DNA from: Perkinsus chesapeaki ATCC PRA-425
Taxonomy: Eukaryota > Protista > Perkinsozoa
Direction: 5' to 3'
Length of the DNA stretch: 64,000 bases
Assembly (NCBI GenBank): GCA_013115145.1
Contig: JAAPAO010000043.1
Coordinates: forward strand, 1 to 64,000
Shown here: piece after piece, positions 58,244 through 64,000 of the stretch
How positions within the stretch are numbered: the stretch's first letter is position 1
How the letters are laid out: each line of letters begins with the position of its first letter
Made by a program: the position numbers and the translations under genes
The notes under the pieces: model-generated
What the model was told of the DNA's origin: nothing
Databases searched by the model: none
What the model saw: only the letters and a program-made list of their open reading frames with translations

Positions 58244-60227
58244 AGAAATGCGAGCCGCGGTAACGACCAGAACTGAGGAGATCGCTCAGAAAGAAAGGGG
58301 ATGCAAATATGACTGGTGGAGTGCAAGGAAGGATGATTCCCTGGCCGATGTTTAATGGGCACGACGAGTCTGACTGATATCTTTGACTCCTATTTCCAGT
58401 TTAACAATCGTTGTGTTGTGTCCCAGCCGAGTAAACTCAGGAGCCTGATAGACTACCGATGGCAATTACCGATTAATCTGCAAGACAATACACACAATCT
58501 GATACAACGTACCGAAGGCTCATAGATTGCACATCAAATCTTTCACACACGACGCATTCGCGATAAGCCGGAGTAGAGTCTCGTGGCCTCTTCATCATCA
58601 GTGACCTCGCAAGTATTCTCAACTCATTACTGTCGCTCAGTGAAGGAACTTGGAAAGCTTCGCTAGTACAGTGAGAGCCTAACAGCCCCAGATTATATGA
58701 AGAGTCGTGATGCATAGCTCAGTATTATCGAGTCAATATGCGCCTGCCGTTGGGCGATGCTGGACTTCAGACAACATCAGGGGTGTTCGCATGTCAGGAA
58801 ATGTCCAGCGAGACATGAATCCTGGCTACAAACGGAGCCGAAAGATTAGCCGCGAACCACGATATTCCGAAAGTCTGTCCTCTAAGCGCTCCGCTCCGCA
58901 CATCTTATGTAGCACAAGTCCATTTGCGCCAACTGACACACAACACATTGGATGACTATCTATGTGTTCGCCTCCATATATTGGCTAGAGGAGCAGGTCG
59001 GAGGAAATTGGCCGAAAAAGAAAAACTAAATGGTATTCTTCCACCCCAAGCGTTGGAAAAGGTCACAGTTCATGGAGCTCAACACAGAACACAGACCCCA
59101 GCGGTAAAACCATGGAGCAGGAATCTACTCGGGTTCATACTAACTGCAACGAAAAGAACAGACATAGAAAGCTTTCGGTGCTCAAGATAGTAGCAACGCT
59201 AAAGTAGCGTTACAGACCTGCAAGATACAGTTTTTGGCGATTTACGGAAATTAGGTGAATCAGACATCTGTTGATAGTATGGTCGCGGTTGGTTCCAGTG
59301 AAGCAGTGCTAGAAGAGGGAGCGCAGCGCAAAAATTGATGAGAACTCGGGATCTGAAGGTCGCAGGTCAAAGCTGGCGAGTGACTCGTGGCTTTGTGAAA
59401 ATATAAACAGTGATTATTATACACGCCTGCCAATGTCGTGAATGTGATTTTATCTTCGATCATGAGGCACTCATCGGTACGCAAGCGCGAATTCAAGTCG
59501 AGATCAGGCGCCTGTGGGGGCGGGTTTTGGCTTCCGAAAGAGCAAGTCTCGGTTAGCCCCAGACGAAGACCGACGCGGAGTCATTGGCGAGTCTCGCGAA
59601 CCGTCCGAGACTGGATACATCGGTCCCCGCGATCTCGAATCGTTCCACATACTGAAAGAAAAGGTGTAGACAGAACCGGCCTCGTGTTCATGGCTCTGTC
59701 GCGATTCAAGTGTGTTTTGCGCGGAGAACGACTCGGAGGTCCGATTTCTGTGGCCTTGCCTATATACATACACCCTTGCCATCTTGCCAGCTCTTTGCCG
59801 CTTCTGAGACGAAACAATGCTCATTACTCTCCTACTTGGCTTCCTTCACTGGTCAGAAGCCGTCCACAATTTCACGGATTTCCTTGGCATGTGAGGAGGG
59901 ATATACTGCGGACATCATCGCGGCCGTCTTTCTCCAAAAACAACTTGACTTCCATCATATCTTTTGTGTTGCTCAGGCATGCCCCCCTAGAGGACTCTAG
60001 CCTCTTGCAGTTGGGCCGCTGGCAACGACTGTCTTTTATACAACCGATAGATCACTCAAAAGGTAAATTCGAGCGGGATTATACTGCACACACACCCGGT
60101 GTGTCACACCGGGCAAATACCTAATGTTATAGCCTGAGCACTGTTGAGTATGGAATATAATACATCGGTCACATGCCTTGGCAGCGTTAATGTAGGTGCC
60201 CAGATTCTTGTCTATCACCTAGGACTT

Positions 60228-62373
60228 TCACCAGCAAGTGTGTAACACACCGTGTCCTGGCCGAATAAGACATCACAGCCATTCAAGGAATGCTTCCAAT
60301 TTACAGGTCCGGAAGCTGGCGCCTTTTCTCAGCAGTATATGAAAGACTATGATTCTTTCAATCCGAGAAAGCCAGTAAGCCTCGCTGTATTCGCCATCTT
60401 GTGAATTGTACTTAGCTACATCTTCTTGTGTGACCGTCCTGCTTCCAATAGACTTCTCGCAATAATGACATGCGGAATTCTAGAATCTTATCAGGTGTTC
60501 TTCCTGGCCATAAGCACTGTGAGTCTCCCACAGGCATCCGTGCTTGAAATGGAAGGGGCGGCCCGGAGAGCTAGAGCGGCCATGTTCGTACTGGAAAGAA
60601 GGCGAGGACAACTCGAATGCATATCTTGCTTTTCGGAAATCTGAAACCTAGGTACGTTGGTACTAGCTTCCCCACACAAGAATGTTCTACCGAAACGCTC
60701 AAGAGGTTGTTTTCGATGGAGCAGATTGTCGCTGATGTCGCAGCCTTCGGGAAAGATTTACAGGCTAAGGTGCCTGGAGTGAAGATAGTCCTCTTTGGAT
60801 GCAGCACGGCCGGGGTACGAATCTCGCCCCACTCGGTCAAAGCTAAGTCGAACATTTCAGCTCATCGCCGCTCTGGCCCGACAGAAACACCGGGACATCT
60901 TCATTGGAGCTGTCACGTCCTCAACTGCATTTAAGTTTAAGCTGGCAAACGATGTGTCAGTCAGCCGGGGAGTTCGAGTAGATAGGAATCGGTTACATGT
61001 CCGAGTACCTATATAGAGTACATTTAAAGCTTCATTCAGCCTGTGCAAAGCTCATACAGTTATGACGTCTTGAAGATCGCAATCTATTGAGCTATGTACT
61101 GCATGCGTTTCATGACTGAGTCTTCTTAGGTATTACCCCGTCTTATCCCAAGACTTATCTAACCCAAGTCTGGGAGGTAGTCCACAATGTCTGGCTACGG
61201 TGAGTTATAAGATCCTTGGCCGTTAGGCAGTTTTAGTCTCTTGTAGCTTACCAACGCACACATGGATTTTGCCAACTCCATGGGCACAGCTGGAGGGCGC
61301 CGAGAGGTTGAGAAAAAACTTAAAATCTGTGATGGACTCCTCGAGGATGTGAACGATCAGATATACACGTAACTAGTAATGCTGCTCCGGTTTCTAACAT
61401 CATCGACCTTGTCAGCACCACTGAGGGCAATTTACTGGGGACGAATCTACAGTATAATGATCCTACCTGTATAAAGGATTATTGCAACATAAGGAAGATC
61501 TGTGATAGACTTACAAAAGGAAGGTAAGGTCAAACAACAGTCTCCGATCTCGCCCTTCTTATTCAGTGACGCTGCGCTCGACAAGCTGGCTGACATCTAC
61601 AATACAAATCAACCCACTGAGCCCGGATCTTGTCGGAAACGAACGGCAAGAGGATTGATTGATTTGTAATCTACTAGGCTAGTGAACATACAGTTCAAAC
61701 TTTAATATGTGACTGAAGGGAAGCTGGATGCTTGCAGATTAAAGAATAGAATGGTGGAGAGCCCACGGAGGCTATCTGCCTTCTACATATGCAACACTCG
61801 CGGGCTTCTTGCGGAGTGCAGCAGAGGAAGCTGTCCTTTCTATACAAATAAAAGCTGGATTGATTTCTGGCTCATGGTGTGTGAGGAAGGCTTCGGGCTG
61901 TCCAGGGATGAGGTATGTCGTCGTGTACGATAGATTACGTGATTTTAAGGTGGCCAGATGCTTAAGAACATCGGAGGCTTTCAGCAGTACGTTGAGGAAA
62001 GCTTGAACAAAGCTACAAATATATTATCCATTAATGGTGATGCAGATCCTTGGTATCCCTCTTCGATCACTAAAGCGAGAGCGGGCCTCGAAGTTATGTG
62101 GGTGAGATATCAGAAATGCTTGAATATGTTAGCCAACTCCAATGCCTCCGGCAGGTGAAAGGCGCGTCACATTGCTACTGGTGTGCTCACTCCGACAAGT
62201 AAGTACTGGGAGTTGCTTCTCTATTGAAACTTCTCCTTAGCGGTCAAGGTTCTGTAATTCTATCACCGGAAATACCTGGAGTTCCTCATTTGCTTACCGT
62301 AAAGTTATCCGGTTGTTTAATCAGGGACGTCGTAGCCGGCATTCTCGAAGTTGTGAATAAGTGGCTTGCCTAG
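60228..62373 (+). CDS. Serine carboxypeptidase S28 family (PRCP/DPP2/TSSP-like), intron-rich; 5' end approximate
   Basis: VLERR|YVGTSFPTQECSTETLKRLFSMEQIVADVAAF; nucleophile elbow VLFGCSTAG|LIAALARQKH..GAVTSS; TNILSINGDADPW (Asp); GASHC (His); ends WLA*. Confidence 0.8.
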
Positions 62374-63147
62374 CGAAGCTTTGCATCTCGTGGTCGCAGT
62401 CGGTGACGATTAATACCCAGTCGGTTGCACCGTATCAAGGTGCTCACTTAGCGTCCTTGAGCATCGTGTGCTTATTGTTAACCACTGCCGCTAGTATGAA
62501 AGACTCGGCTCTGTTCTACCGTTGTGGGCCCTGTTTTACGAACCCACTCTCAGCTCGTCAGACATTTAACGTCATTCCGTAGTCAACTGTTACTTGTAGA
62601 ACAGCTGAGAAGCTTAGTAACCTTATCAAACTCAATGTTTGGCGTTTAGAACTAGTGGAGCTCGAAGCTCGGAATGGATACCGCGAGCCAGAGCCTTCGA
62701 ATCTAGCAAGCTCAATCGAGATGCTACCGTCACGTTGCGTGCCTGGATACCGGATGTTGTACAACGCGGTAGAACATTCAACGTCTTAACGTAGGCGAGA
62801 CAGTAGCACATACGTCTTAGTGCACGTAGTTTTTCACGTTCCCAATGTGTGTGCACACTGTACGACTAGTAGCCCAAAACAATAGCCCCAGGAGAGGAAA
62901 AACTTCGGGCTAAGTTCATTCACGTTCAATGCCCTCATTCAAATCAGATGTGGTCGTCATTGAAGTCGCCAACCTCTTTTGTCTTCCTTAACCACCCACA
63001 CTCACCCGGGAGATTCTGGGCGCTATTTGGGAGCGTCGGGTTGATGAGACATGACACGGGTGATGACACCATCTGCGCACGCCTCCGTGACATCTTCGAA
63101 CCAGAAGGAAACGCGTTGCTAAGGTTTCCGAGACACTTGCAATTATA

Positions 63148-63582
63148 ATGGCTACCCAAACTAATGTGAGTCTATGGTGCTCAGCCTTGCCGTTGATGCT
63201 TATTCTGCTGACTGAGGTGTGCCCTGTGAATTCTAGTTCGTTACTATCGAGTCGCCGTACCCTTGGTGTTGGGACTTATGTGACGGTTTTGGGCGATAGA
63301 TCCTACAAGGTGGAAATAACAAAGGGAAATTACGACGAGGTGCTTGCCAACATGACTTTCACGGCACACGGCGAATCTCGGACCTGTAGGCAATGCAGGT
63401 GTCGTGGGTTCGTAAGAGTCTATAAGTGTAAAGAATGTGAAGGCTCATCTACTTGTCTTTCATCACTGAGGAAGCATGGTAAACTGGATGGGATTTTCCC
63501 ACTCCAAATCGGAGAAGGTGAAGACGGTCAGTTTTATATCATAGTTGGCGGCTTTATCCTACCGTTGTCTACGATTGCATGA
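63148..63582 (+). CDS. Small intronless secreted protein with a Cys cluster
   Basis: 144-aa ORF with signal-like LWCSALPLMLILLTEVCPVNS and CRQCRC..CKEC..C. Confidence 0.55.
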   Translation: MATQTNVSLWCSALPLMLILLTEVCPVNSSSLLSSRRTLGVGTYVTVLGDRSYKVEITKGNYDEVLANMTFTAHGESRTCRQCRCRGFVRVYKCKECEGSSTCLSSLRKHGKLDGIFPLQIGEGEDGQFYIIVGGFILPLSTIA

Positions 63583-64000
63583 AATGAACTGGCCTTCAGC
63601 GGGGCTATTCAATTGGTCACGTTCGGAGAGTCCTTCGAGACTAGTTGCCTAGTAGACTCATAGTGACAAGCAGCAATGGGATGTTGCCCTTGACTACTAG
63701 TTGGGCTTCATCTCACTGATGTTGCAAGACACATAGATTTCATACATCTTATTTTTCCCTATTACTCGTCCCAGCGAGACTGAGTTGTGTTGTTAAGAAG
63801 TAACCGATGATAAATCGATACTTGGTACGGCTACGACAGTGACAAGTCGCTTTGTCCCCATATACACCGGGTGGATAAACGTTGGACCAACGCCGAAGAC
63901 GTGTTTATGATGGGTTCATTCACATAGAGTGGAGCCATTGATAATCAGTAGTTTATACGCGAACTCCAGCAACAAACTGTATGACTACTGATGGACCTCA

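Noticed and set aside
59438-60124. 228-aa plus-strand ORF
   Set aside because: Arg/Ser-rich with no motif and overlapping minus-strand ORFs. I cannot tell which frame, if any, is real.

Overview
Gene-dense eukaryotic DNA with many short (about 30-60 nt) introns. Gene content and intron style point to a perkinsid alveolate such as Perkinsus; this is an inference. There is one N-gap at 9629-9723. Recognisable genes are a PHD/ePHD chromatin reader, a SET-domain protein, a divergent actin-related protein (reconstructed by splicing), PXMP4, WD40-like proteins, two A1 aspartic proteases, an FHA-RINGv-FHA protein, an archaeal/actinobacterial-type RNase HI, dephospho-CoA kinase with a hydrophobic N-terminal extension, a membrane RING-H2 protein, a GT34-like glycosyltransferase, RPS3A, an SR-like RRM protein, a plant PUT/LAT-type APC transporter and an S28 peptidase. 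A ~1.75-kb locus is duplicated 5883 bp apart: its 3' exons (FCS-type zinc finger) are ~97% identical, while its 5' parts are decayed. The most striking unexplained signal is a strong excess of short perfect inverted repeats centred on a single base, often chained so that the right arm of one is the left arm of the next, mostly in non-coding DNA. One such structure is an insertion present in only one of the two duplicate copies, and one 15-mer core recurs 39 kb apart. No rRNA, complete tRNA, spliced-leader RNA, CRISPR array or intact transposon was found. Boundaries of multi-exon genes were spliced by eye and are approximate.
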